64,000 nt of DNA from Massalongia carnosa (taxonomy: Eukaryota). Location: positions 2,232,001 through 2,296,000 of the forward strand of contig OZ287071.1 of the NCBI GenBank assembly GCA_965645245.1, read 5' to 3'. Under the pieces are notes generated by a model. That model was not told where the DNA came from. It did no database searches and was given only the letters and a program-made list of their open reading frames with translations. Both the position numbers and the translations under genes were made by a program. Of this stretch, positions 26,122-38,656 are shown piece by piece (position 1 is the first letter of the stretch; every line of letters starts with the position of its first letter).

Positions 26122-28391
26122 ATGCCGGATCACACAGTGAATGATGCATCTAGAAATCCCATACTAGAACAGCTTCCTCCATCGTCACCACCTCTCCCGA
26201 TTGCGAGCTCCCAATGTGCCAGAAAGCCCAAGAAACGGCCAACTGTGACGCCAAGAACCTTCACACGTTTCTTCACACCTAGATCATCGTTAAGAAAGGC
26301 CAAGAGGATTGGAGCATCGAGACAGATCTTAAGAGATATCACGGCCTCGGCAACTAACCGCAAGGCTCCTGCAACACGAAGAACACCGACTAAAGATACC
26401 GTAAAGCTGCTCAACAATGATGATGACGAATCTGAAGAAATATCCAAGAAGAGAAAAAGGAGGCTGCCCATTTCTCCTGAGACCACTCCAGACCGCTCAT
26501 CGCCCTTGAAGCGGATAAGAAGGGAGTCGCTTGCGAGTCTAGATGAGACTGATGGGGTGAATACAGAGTCGGAAACTGAGCTGTATGATCGAGACTCGGA
26601 AATGGGACGTAAGATGCTTTGGGGGGAAATTAGTTCAATTGAGCCCATATTATCGAAACTGGATGGACGGCATGGGTGGGCATTGAGTAGGGAATTAGGA
26701 GGAATAGATCGGCTTCGAGGAGCTCAATATGCTTATTACGGAGATGGTAAGAAATTCTTCTGGTTCTTGGTGTATTCAATAACCGACACCAGTAGACTGG
26801 CAAACCCAGACGTCAAATTTTTACGCTTATCCCGAAGACACCCATCTTTGCGACAATGTGGCAGACCCGCGAGAGCAAGCGATTCCTTTCTGCACAACCA
26901 GTTGCAATAGTAAGCTCATAATAGTATTTTAAACCTCAGCTCTAATTTATTTTAGCGAATTCGTTAATTGCAATCGGAGATGAGGAAGGTGGCATAAGAT
27001 TGTTGGAAAGCATAAAGAGTAGTAAACCTGAATTTTCGGAACCATACTTGACGTTTCGCCCTCACGTTAACGCCATCCTGGACATGGCATTCTCGCCAGA
27101 CGACCTACTTTTGGCAACGGCCTCGGGAGATCAGACAGCTCAAATCATTGATATGCCCACCCAACGTGCCATCCATACTCTCGCAGGCCACGTAGCGTCT
27201 GTGAAGCAGACAATATTTCAGCCGGAAAGCTCAAATGTCATTGCGACTTCAAGTCGTGACGGAAGCGTACAGATTTGGGATTTAAGATGTAAAGGCTTCA
27301 CTGCCACAGTCAAGAATTTCAAAGTCTCCCTTGACCCTTCTCAAGCCAAGGCAGCGCCGAAAACCTTGAGCAGCTGCTGGGCTCGCCCCGTCAACACAAT
27401 ATTCGACGCTCACTCCACTCGCCAACCCTCTGCATCAACTTCAGCCCCTGTCAGGCCAATAGTGGTAGGAGACGCTCCTTCGAAAACAGAATCCCCCGGC
27501 CGATGCGGTGATGTGTCCATCACGGCCCTCGCTTTTCTCCCTCCGCCACGCAACCATCTTCTTCTGACCGCCTGCGAAGCTGATGCCACTGTCAAACTCT
27601 GGGACCTCCGGACAACGCATACCAACAGGCGCCGCGCGCGTGCCGTCCCCTTATCCACAACCCGCCAGCCAGAAAGTCATACCCGACACCGGCGCTTCGG
27701 CCTCACCTCCCTCGCTCTCAGCACCGATGGCGCACGCCTCTATACGCTATGCCGAGACAACACTGTCTACGCCTACTCAACCTCCCACCTTGTCCTCGGC
27801 CACGCCCCTGAGCTCTCCCTTTCCAGGTCTGGGTCTCGGCCCCGCCGAGCAGGAGGAGCGGAGAAGGCGGGCTTGGGGCCTCTGTACGGATTTCGCCATC
27901 CCAAATTCCATGCTACTACTTTCTACGTCAAGGCCGCTCTGCGCCCCGCCGCGGGCAACAAGACCGAGCTCCTCGCCGTTGGCAGCAGCGATGGCTGCGC
28001 CGTCCTATTTCCAACTGATGAGCGCTTCCTCCGACGCCCATTCCATCACCGCCCTTCGGATTACCATTCCCATTTCTCAAACCCCATGTCAGCCCCCTCA
28101 CTGCGCAGAACAGACTCCAGCTCCACCCTCGCCGCCCGCCTCACCGATACTATTCCCATCTATAACCACGGCACCGCCCTGATCCGGGGCCATGCGAGGG
28201 AAGTCACGGGGCTAACGTGGACGCAGGGCGGCGATTTGGTGTCTGTCGGTGATGATTTGACAGCGAGGTGTTGGCGGGATGGGACAGGGCAGGAGGCAAG
28301 AGCGTTGAGGGTTGGGGGGGAGGGCGAGGGGAGGAGGTGGGGGTGTGGGTGGGCGGAAGTGCGGGGGGATTGGGACGAGGAGGATGGGTAG
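26122..28391 (+). CDS. cdt2: WD40-repeat CRL4 substrate adaptor, Cdt2/DTL-like
   Basis: IAIGDEEGGIRLL, PHVNAILDMAFSPDDLLLATASGDQT, TSSRDGSVQIWDLR, TFYVK, GHAREVTGLTW...SVGDDLTARCW. Exons 26122-26746, 26796-26909, 26956-28391. Confidence 0.85.
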
Positions 28392-30667
28392 AGGCGAGGG
28401 GGGGGGGTTGTTTGGGCTGGCTGTTTCCGGCATAGATGGAAGATAGAGCGGCGGGAAAGGGAAAAACGGCAGACCTGAAGAATCTTGGAAATTATCCTTA
28501 TTCTCGTGCTCCTTGAGCATGCGCGGCGTGTGGGCGTTTCGCAAACTTGCGTTGATTACTTTTATCATCCCCCTTGCAGTTTTTGGCTTTCTGCTTGTTT
28601 GTCCGTCTACCTGTGTCATTTCCTGTGTTTCTTACTCCATCTGTCTATCATTCATACTCCGACGCACTCAGTACCTACCACCTAACCCCTATCTTTAAAT
28701 ACCTACCGTCATCTGTCCATCTATCGATCAACCCCTACATGCCTACATCTATATACCCATCTATCTAGTAGCTCACACATCCACTCTTTCCCCCGCGAGG
28801 AGAGAAACCCCCCGATATTTAAAGAGGATAGGACAGAAAGGATAGAGCGAGGAACGGTTATGCCGCTACCACCAGCGCGTTCCTAGTTGGGGGGGGGGGG
28901 AGGGAAAGGAATCACGACGAATGGTATGGGAAAAGGAGAAGAAGGAATTTCCCTCTACGTACGCAAGAAAATAAAGTGGCTAACTAAGAAGGGACGATCG
29001 GAGATTCGGTAAAGCGAATAGGGGATGGGTGCGAGTTGTGAGTAGGTATCGTACATAGGTAGGAGGATATCATCCCCGCAATTAGTATTAGCTGTCTTTT
29101 TGGTTGTTTGGGTTATGAGGGAAGGGAGGAGACCGTTCGTTTTGTTTCCATCCCCCCAGTCCCCCAGTTACATACATATTATGTGCGACGAGCGGGCTAT
29201 GCCGGAAAGGTATGTTCGTAAGAGTGTGTTAGTTATTACTATTTCTCGCTCGCTCGCTAACTAAGCGTCCGATCCCTGGAGCTTGGTTTGTAGGGCTAGG
29301 AAAGAGAGAGAGAGAAATTGAGAAAGGGGGTGGATGGTTTCTAAACTGTGCTTTTTGGGTCCGGGACGCGAGAATCAAGGGAGATGGATGTATACCGATA
29401 TATTGTTTATATATGCGCGCAAAGTCTTGCTTATCGTTGCCGATAGGGGAGAACTACTTGCTTGTTGCAACGATGGGGGAACAGTTAAGGTCTTCCCCTT
29501 AATATGTTTCCGTGATAGATGGAGCCAGATTTGGGGCGGTGCGGGGGATACTCGAAGTTCAGGGAGAGTGGAGGAGAGTAGTCAGGTCGTATGTTTTGCC
29601 AGTCATGACATGGTTGTAAAGTAAGCATGCCGTCATTGTCGCAGAGCTATAAGAGTTTCCTGATCATCTGTCAACATCTTCGTGCCAGTCTCTTCTCCCC
29701 CCCCTTTTCCTGTGCGATCAAACTTTTTAGGAGTCTTTGAGCCTTCGAATTAGAGCTAATGGTTCTGGACTTACTCTTGCCACGGTTGACATTAATGAAT
29801 GCGCAAGATCCCGATCCGAGTATTTCAAAGCTTAGAGTCCCGAACTTGCCACTCGCCCTTGCATATATCCTGGTCCGGGCATCGACAACGATTTATGAGC
29901 AGGTGTCTTGCATATTCAGAGCCAGAGAAAGCTTAAGGAACACCGATTAGTAGTTCTACCACGCGGTCAATGCGAAACGGCGGTGATGAGTGATCTGGCC
30001 GTCGGCATTGAATTAATCGTCAACGTTTGGTCTACTCCTGTGCCGAGCACAGAAAGCTTCAAGAAGTCTAGTCTGTGTTGCGTCCCGGTAAGGTTAGCAG
30101 CAACGATCTAGATAGATCCACCGTGTAGACCACTTTGGTGCAGAATTTCTTGAGGTTACATCGATTATGCTGACGGGGAGATAGCATGTAATTTGGTAGG
30201 ACGAAAAGATATCTAGAGCCTTTCTACAACGATGAAAATTCAGAAGAAAGCATATGAAGTAATCTGGCTATGCCATTTTCGTCAGCTCCCAAGTCCATAG
30301 AAGAATATATGATAGTCATCCGGAGACTTGGTAACCATGACCGCGTTACGGTGACTGATACTGTAAGCAAAAATCGTGACAAATCACCCAATCCATTCTG
30401 TGATACCTTAGCGAGTATTACGGCAAGAAGAAACAACGAGTAACTATTGGGTTTCAGCGACCATCCAGCAAGGGACCAAAGAAAGCACGATCGGCCTGTT
30501 GAGTAAACATCCACTTGACTCCATCCAGATCCGGGAATCTGTATGAAAAGGATGAGTATAAAGAGGGAGCTGAATAGCATTCAATTGATCCTTTATCCAT
30601 CTCATCACCATCTCAACTTCCCATCGGTCCAATACCACCAATCTCCAGACCAAGAATCATCGCAAAT

Positions 30668-31154
30668 ATGAAGTCCTTCCAAATCACCACAATGCTGGCT
30701 GCCATTGCCGCTGTCGTTGCGGGGGCCCCGGTAAATGACGCTCCTCTCGAGAAACGGGACAACAGCGGGCTTGAAGTTTGCACCGATGTTGGTTTTAAGG
30801 GGAGGTGTATCCATCTCGTCAACCCATTCAATGATTGCAGTATGTTTAGCTTAACCTGCCACCCTGGTGATTCGCTAACGCATATGTTTTCCAAGTCAAC
30901 TTTGATGGTAATTTCAATGACCAAGCCAGCGCCCTTGGGCCTGATCGCGGTAGTCGTTGCTCCTTTTTCAGGTCAGTAAATTTGATCCTTCTACCCATTA
31001 TATGAGTGCAAAAAAACCGACGAGAAGCAGAGATTCGGGTTGCACCGGAGCGTCCTTCGACCAGCTCGTGTATCCGGGTTATTCCGATCTCAGCCAGGTA
31101 TCCGGTGGTGTATTCAACGACGCCATTAGCAGCTATATTTGCATTCCAACTTAG
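30668..31154 (+). CDS. Small secreted cysteine-rich protein, beta/gamma-crystallin-like
   Basis: Signal peptide MKSFQITTMLAAIAAVVAG, then APVNDAPLEKR (Kex2 site). Exons 30668-30839, 30896-30971, 31031-31154. The mature part contains VCTDVGFKGRC, FNDQASA, FFRDSGCTG and FNDAISSYIC (6 Cys). Confidence 0.82.
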
Positions 31155-32433
31155 ATAGCACCATGTCTTGTCTTCAGATAAGCCTGTATAAGAATACAAG
31201 GATAGTTAGAGAGCGACGATAGTTCTAGAGGGTGCATAAATGCAATTTAGGACGACAGGAAGAAATTTTCGGGATAAATAATTGAGCGAGATTGGAAAAG
31301 TAGTCCTCATAACACTCTTTACTTATTAGAATTAATAAAATTGCTTGGCCAGCAAACAAGGAGATCGGTTGAGGTTAAAGAGTCTGTGAAGTAAACAAAA
31401 AAGGTCGTAGTTGATACGAACAAAAAGTCAGGATGAGCATATGGAATCAAATCACAAGCCTTCAAGAGAAATTCAGTTATAGCAAGGTAGATCCTTTGGG
31501 AGACGCCTTCCATTACCTGTGCTCAACCATGCTAAAAGAAGTGAGCTAGTTAAAGGTGGATGTGTACTCCTTCCAAGGCCAATAAAATCCCCGAGACTGA
31601 GAGCGAAATAGCGAAACTGAAGAAAAATTAGACCCTCGTCACCCTGACTAGCTGCAAGAGGATATCCCAAGATGCTGGGATAAGTCTGCAACCAACAAAA
31701 GCTGTTCCGTCGTAATCTTTTCTACCTTTACTTTCCGTCTTGCTGTCCTCGCCCTACCTTAAACACCCAGCTAAAGCGCCCAAGGCGGAGCACTCTAGTT
31801 AGTGGATGGCTGTACAGGCGTATCTTTCAGAAACGCATGCGCGAACGTTCTATGTTCCGCCTCCTCATTTTTTCCATTATATAAAGTATTTTTTCGAAAG
31901 CAGATTCAACAAACCTGTTATTCTTTCATTAGAATATAGCTGTTTATATGACTGATAGATGGCTACTCTAGCTCTCTTCAAGTCGACGGTGAACAAGACA
32001 TTGCTATCGCCTCGGGTGATTGATGCAAACGAGGCATCGTAATAACCACTAGCGCGCTAGTATTTAATCGACTAGTAGGTACGGAGTATGTAATATATAA
32101 CTTCCATCCTATCAAAGCGACCTGACCTGAACAATCATCGATTCGACAGCCAACGAGTTATGCGCCCACGATCCGCAAACCTTCAGAAATCCGAGTCTGG
32201 GCTTTCCTTGAGCGAAAAAAGACGCGATCAGGTTTGTAGATGATGAATGCCTCTTGAAAATAGAAATACAATGATTGGAAGAAAGATGAGTACGCCGCTA
32301 AATAGTTCCTTCTCAACTTGGAAAGGTTGCCTTCCAACGCCATTATTCCAAACCCTGATAAACGCCATGCCTGTCCCCTATCCGAAAATGATCCTTTCCC
32401 TTCACCTTAACGAACGCCTATGCCCATAACCTC

Positions 32434-33221
32434 TCACCCCTTTCCCCCCGCCAGTATGCCCCTAACACGCTCAATCCGCGCGATCCTTCCCTCCAACGCC
32501 TCCAGCTTCCCTCTCCGCTCGCCCTCCCTTCCCTCCAACACGCGCACCCTCTCCTCCAGCCGTGCGCGCGCCTTACGCTCCACGCTGACCATCTCGTTCG
32601 CCTCGCTAAACAGCTGCGTGGATAGCTCCTCGAGCTCCTCGTTGGTGGCGCTGACCCGCGACTCGGCGGCTTGGCGCAGGGACTGCTCACGTGCCAGAAG
32701 GGTAAGGAGCTCGGCGGACGAGGGGGTCGGGTAGGGAGAGGGGGGTTGCGAGTTGGAGCGCGTAGGGAGGAATGAGGAAAGTCGGGATTGGAGGCGTGTT
32801 GAAGGGGCAGTGGCTGTGGCGGATGGGGGCCGGTCAGGAGGAGAGGGCGGGCGGAGAGGTTGGTGGGTGGATGTGGTAGATTTGAGAATGCGGAGTTCGT
32901 CTTCGTAGTCGGCGAGTTTGTCAACTGCGCGAGGATTATCGTTAGCCTTTACATTGCTTAACCGGTGTACATGAGGATACCTTCTCGACCAAAGGACATG
33001 GACTTGCACAATTTAGAGGAGCGTAAAGAGACAAACGTACCGGCGGCTGTAGCTTTCCCGGTCAAGATCTTCACTTGCGTTTCTAGCTCGGAGATCCTCC
33101 GCCGCGCATCTTCCGCAACGCCAGGGTGCGCGTGAGACAAGTCGACGCCGCACGTGTCGCAGATGTGGGGAGCCGTGGATGGCGGCAGGGTGAGTAATTC
33201 GGTGGTTGTGAGTGAGGACAT
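32434..33221 (-). CDS. Sec2 N-terminal-like coiled-coil protein (Rab GEF domain)
   Basis: Exons 33221-33041 and 32924-32434. ARRRISELETQVKILTGKATAA|VDKLADYEDEL and EQSLRQAAE...ELEELSTQLFSEANEMVSVERK (Sec2p signature LFxEANxMV). Confidence 0.82.
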
Positions 33222-34052
33222 GTATCACGGCCGTTTCAGTGGATGCAGTTCGAGCCTTTGATAGGAAACCTTCGTTGAAGTGACGTTCATGAATGAATGC
33301 AGCAGTTGGGTATAATAATAAGCAAAGGAATCATGGAATGGTAAGTTGGATCATAATGATCAACGGCACGGTGAGAATTGATGTGGCGCTTTCAGCAATG
33401 GCTGTGGCTCCGACCTGTGGCACACTATTTTGTATCCAGCGTAGGGCTGAGGCAGATGAGACTAGCGGATGATACCTCACTTCATGTTAACTTCTTCCAC
33501 TCATCATTAAATGATTGGCACTCTGTACGCCAAAGTTTTCATTTACACTGCTCATCGAAACCTAACAAGCACAATCTAAGCACAATTGAATATTAGAAAC
33601 CCCTATTGCAATCTAGAATACACGAAACCATCAACCAGCGACGTCCCCTAAGTGTGTGAAGCTAGCGCTCCATCTCTGGCCGCATTAAACCCCCTGGCAA
33701 AACGTCTATGTTCCTGCTGCTCAACATAAGGAAATCTGACAGATGGATCCGCCCCAGATGACGCCCCCATGCGACAATTTCATCGTGTTGTTGCCAAACG
33801 TACTTTTCACCGACGGAAGAAAGAGATAGCTAGGCTGGATGGAAAGCTCGAGATACCAGATACAAAGGAGTAGCAAGCAATATCCAGGAAATCCCACAGC
33901 TAGTGCAGCTATGCAAGGAGCCTTGAACCAGAGTCTCAGAGAGCACCGAGGAGCTAGGCAAAGAAGAATCAACAAAGTTAAGAAAGGAGGTGAGGGGGTG
34001 CCGAAGTCGGTTCGCAAGTGGAGCAGAGAAGAAGATACCCTGGCAACTTTGT

Positions 34053-36145
34053 CTAGGAGGCGATTGCGCGGGTGACTTGGGCGCCGTTGCGCCGGTTGTT
34101 ACGGGTTTTAGAAACAGTGCTCCACCCTTCCTCCTCAAGGGCGTCCGCACTGGACGCCACTGATGTGCCTACCTGTGGCGATGAGTCTCCATTGGTCAGC
34201 TCTCCCTCGGATTTCTTTTGGGGAATATCCCGGAAATTTTCTTTCGGCTTAACGGCTTTATCCTCAACAACAATTCCATTCTTGCTTTCGGCATCAATGT
34301 TTTCGTCTGCAACGTTAGCCTCGTCGGTAGTTTTTCGGCGTAGAATCTCATAGCTCTTCCCAGGCTGCGGCGCTGTGACTCCGTTTTCCTTGGTAAACTC
34401 CTGACTATTTGGTTTGTCCTTAGATACAGCAGCCTTCTCGGTCTTCTCAGCTTCTCTGGCAATCCTCCGCTCCTCCCGAAATTTATCCTCAGCTGCTTTC
34501 TTTTCCTCCCGAGCCTTTTCGTCAGCCTCCTTCTTCTCACGAAGGGCCGCCTGCCGCTTCTCTCCAACCTCCTTCTCCCTTGTCGCGGTGTCGATTGGCT
34601 TAGCTGCACCAAAAGGGCTGGCTTTTGAGTCAGCTGCGGGAGAGGCTTTTGTACCTGGCTCTAAGTCCGTGACTGTACGCTTCGCCAAGTTCAACTTTGG
34701 CCTAACGTTTGGTATCTGCGGTGGTGCTGTAGGTGAAGGAGGCGTGCTGATTTCACGACTTGAGAGAGCAGGGGATTTGGCCGGAGCAGCTGAAGCAATA
34801 ACGGGTGTCGGCGGTGCGTCGGGCCTCATCTTGGTTCTCCATTGATTATCTAATTCCGGTGCAGTTGGAGCTCGATCGACCACAGGTCTTTCGGTGAATT
34901 CACGTCTAGGTGGACGAGATCCTTCTTGGGATCGCCCCTCACCCCATGCTGGAGAATTTCGCCTATCGCGTGGCCCATCGTGGCTGACAGGTCGATCAGT
35001 ACTCTTGGCAAAAGGAACGCTGGGTAAGGTTGGCGTTAGTGGTCCCTTCCGATCCCAATTACCAAAGTCTCGCACTTTGCCATCGCCTTGCTCATAAGCT
35101 GGGCGACGGCTAGCTCGATCGCTTCCGGCTTCCGATACGTTATCGAAGCCCCGAGGGCCAGAACCGAATCCAGCTCGATCCGAGACTCGCCGCTGGCCAG
35201 CAATTTCTGGAAGTGGACCTTTTCGGGTCCAGTCGCCAAATTCACGAGCATCCGGGCGATCCTTTTCTGTAATTACCTCTGCGTTAGGATATCGAATGAT
35301 TGGAGAGACCTAGGTAACTTACGCGGCTCTGCGACGCTAACTCTGATGTTCCGCCCCTGAAATTGAGTATTGTTAAACTCTAATGCTTTTTTGAGCCCTT
35401 CCAGTGTTGCAAATTCTGCATAACCAAACCCCTTCGGTTTTCTTTCAAGCTTATCTTCTACAATGCGTACATTTGTCACAGAGCAGCCCGAGAAGAAATC
35501 CTGAATATCTCCTTCTGTGGCATCGAATGACATGTTGCCGAGATGAACTGTAAACGGCGGTTTCGTAGGAAGGGGTAATTGTTCGCGTACAGAGTAGCCA
35601 CCCTTTTCTATAAGGCTCATGTTAATTGGATGGAGAACTCGGTGGACTATTAGATAGGTGGACGTACCCGCATACCCGCTACTGCCACCATATCCTCCAG
35701 AGGTTGTCGAACGATCTCCACCGTAGCCGGATCGACCTGATGGAGCTGTTCAATTTAGCACCTGAACACGCAGAGGCAACGAGAACCTCGTGTGGAAGAA
35801 AGGTTCGAAAGCAATCAAAGAATTCTAGCATACCAGCTACGAACTATTTAGCATCCAATCCATAGCTGCGTACTTGCATACTTACAAGGCATTGGCATAT
35901 CTTCCATCTCATCGGCCCAAGATCCTAAGGCTGTGGTACATTTTAGGTTACGGATCAGATACGAAGGGACGGACAGATCATTACATACAGGTGTCCTGCA
36001 AGAATTCCCCCAGAGCCATTCTCTGGCCCTTCGCCTTTGGAGGAGCTACAGATATACGCAGTCAGCACATAAATCAACCAACATCATGACAGGCGGGAAC
36101 ATGAGAAGATGAGGGTGGCGCTGGGTGTCGGACAAACGAACCCAT
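34053..36145 (-). CDS. TIF3: Translation initiation factor eIF4B (Tif3/Sce3-like)
   Basis: Multi-exon gene starting with an ATGG micro-exon (36145-36142), then APPKAKGQRMALGEFLQDT, LGSWADEMEDMP, RRM (PPFTVHLGNMSFD...KGFGYAEF...GRNIRVSVAEP), WDRKGPL repeats, RPKLNLAKRT, SPFGAAKPIDT. Internal junctions near 35.6-35.9 kb are not all resolved. Confidence 0.88.
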
Positions 36146-36555
36146 GACTGCGCAATACCGATCCGCACTCCTTGGAGGAAGCGCGCAACGTATCAGAAAA
36201 CCGTGGATATCTCCGATTGACTCGAGTATCGAGTCGCTATCAGTAGCAATGAAGTTTGACTAAGAGAACTGTTATTAGTGGGGTGATGAGGTCAAGGTTT
36301 GGTCATGTTTGGTTTGGACAAGGTATGGGGGTGGTTATGGGATGAGAATAATTTTAGCCGAAGAGCCGCTTGCTAGCGCCGGCGCTCTGTTTTTCCAGCG
36401 GGTGTTTTTCCGTGTGTGTTTGTGCTTGTAAACATCTGGAGGCTTGTGACATTAGATTCTACTGCACAGGAACTATGTTGAACGGATGAAACGAAAGAAG
36501 AAGAAAAAACGGTTCATCAAGCTTCAAAATATCTTGGACTCCCTTGCCCACCAGC

Positions 36556-38038
36556 ATGGAGCCCGACGAGCAGGAGGAAAGGGACACCTTTGTGCCTGAG
36601 TCCATGAAAACAATCATGCTTCCTGCTCTGAAATTCGGTGCTTTTAGCGGTAAGACTCAAAAATTCATTCGCTTTATTTAACAATCACTCTCTACGCCTT
36701 TATGTCTGGCGCTGAGCGATCTGATTGCGCTTTCTTAAGGGGTGTTCAGCGCTATTTATAACCTTCGTGCCGAGAGGACTGTCAATTGCATTGATTTAAT
36801 CACAACAATCCAGATCTAGTGTACAGTTGACCCTAAATTCCAATTTGAGTAGCGTCACACAAAAAAAAGTTCTATTTCTATATCCCTATCCACGTACCTC
36901 CTAAACCAGAATATATTTACTCCGAGCTAATATGCAAACAACTTTACAGGACCATGTGGATTCCTAGTTGGTGGCATTGCGGGCCTTGCTCGTTCGCGTA
37001 CCCCAGTTCTTTTTGCCCTCGCCTCAGGCTTCCAGTGGTTCGCTCTTGGGACTACTTTTTGGGGTATTGCCCCTTACAGTCCCGAAGATTCCTTTCCCCT
37101 TGCGTTTCTCACAACTCTTAATATCTAAATATGCGATTACTACACATTTCTGCTTTAAGGCTTCGCAATCCGGCCCACTCTCAGCAGTTTTTTTTTTCTG
37201 GTATGATAACCAGCAGATGTTAGAAGTCAAAATATAAGGTGCAAGAAGCATGTCTGATAAAAAAACCAAGTGCTCTCGTTTACTGAGTATTCCGTCGGTT
37301 ATTGAAGATCCTAAGCATTTTTGGGCCGTTAGTTAAGAAAGAATGTTGCTTTCGCTATACCCTTTATAACCCCTATCTGGCCAAAAGCACTCTGAGCGTT
37401 CTTCCTATCATTAGTTATTTCTCTTTTATTTGACCCTGCTGATTGACTTCTCTAGCAATAAGGGGCGCTATACTCAAATTTCAGTACCCCCTAAACCCCA
37501 CCGCGAAAGAGCGTCTCTTTGCCAGTACAATCGCGGGCGGATTTACCGGTGGTAGCATAGGAGGTTTGATAAGTACGATCGACTCTGCCCGGCCCCATCA
37601 AGTCTCTATCCATATATCTACGTTTCTATTCAGTGTCTGCCGCTTTGTCTAGACTAATCGATGTCCTTATTAGGAGGTCCTTCCAACATCCTTCCTGGTA
37701 CGGTGGTGTTTGCTCTTTCCGGCCTTGCGGGGCAATCTATCTACAACCGTCTCGATTCACAGCATTCCTATTCGATCCTTCCCTCCACCAACGCAGCCCA
37801 TCCACCTTCTGAATCCCCTTCATCTTTTTGGCGAACCTTGCTCTCCAAAAGATATAGTCCTATGAAAGTGCTTTCGGATGCCGAATACGAAACTATGTTG
37901 CGAGAGAGGCTACTTCGTGTGGAAGTTGAGATCGCACTCGTAGACGAAAAGATAAGGAGATTAAGACAAAGTGAGAGCAGCAAGAGTATAGAAGGCGGGA
38001 AGGGGAGTGGAGGAGGGAACAGGCAAGAAGAGGCATGA
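36556..38038 (+). CDS. Conserved fungal membrane protein, Tim17/Tim22/Tim23-like glycine-rich helices
   Basis: Exons ~36556-36649, 36950-37063, 37455-37572, 37674-38038. GFLVGGIAGLARSRTPVLFALASGFQWFALGTTFW, ASTIAGGFTGG, GPSNILPGTVVFALSGLAGQ, SPMKVLSDAEYETMLRERLLRVEVEIALVDE. Confidence 0.72.
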
Positions 38039-38656
38039 TGGCTGATATATTCCAACAGGTTTTTCTTGTAAATCCATTTCCATTTTACCTATGGCTCTTG
38101 GCTCACCTTCAAGCTTCAATATATCCATCTATCGTTTCGATATTAGGATTTTCCAGAACTCCCTTTCTTTAGCCATCTGGCTATACACCTTATCGTCACC
38201 GAAATGCTCTGATAATTAGACAAGTGTCCTGTTGAGCAGGATCGACACTATTGAAGTCTTCATGGTATTCAGGCCTCAATCGCTACTTATGTTCAAAGCT
38301 CGCACTATTCACTTAGTGATGGAGGATTCACCTAATTAGCGTCACTTTCGCCACTGGATTTCCCTAGTTTAGGATTTCGCGTCACTCTACAGATTCGCGC
38401 TTCACTGCTCGACTCTTTCTCCATAAGATGATCGCATTCCTCATCACTTTGCTCTTCTTACGATATCTCAACAATATCTTGCTGGTTCATCACCAAATTC
38501 TCCAGGCTTTGGTTCTACTTGCCCACCTTTGATAAACCTAAACCACTATCACCGCTGTTCTAATTAGCCTAGAAACGCATCTCACTGAAAGTAAGATCAA
38601 TTTGAGTACATTCCTTCGCAAGGGCATCTATCTAGTCATAAGGTAACCCTGCAAAA

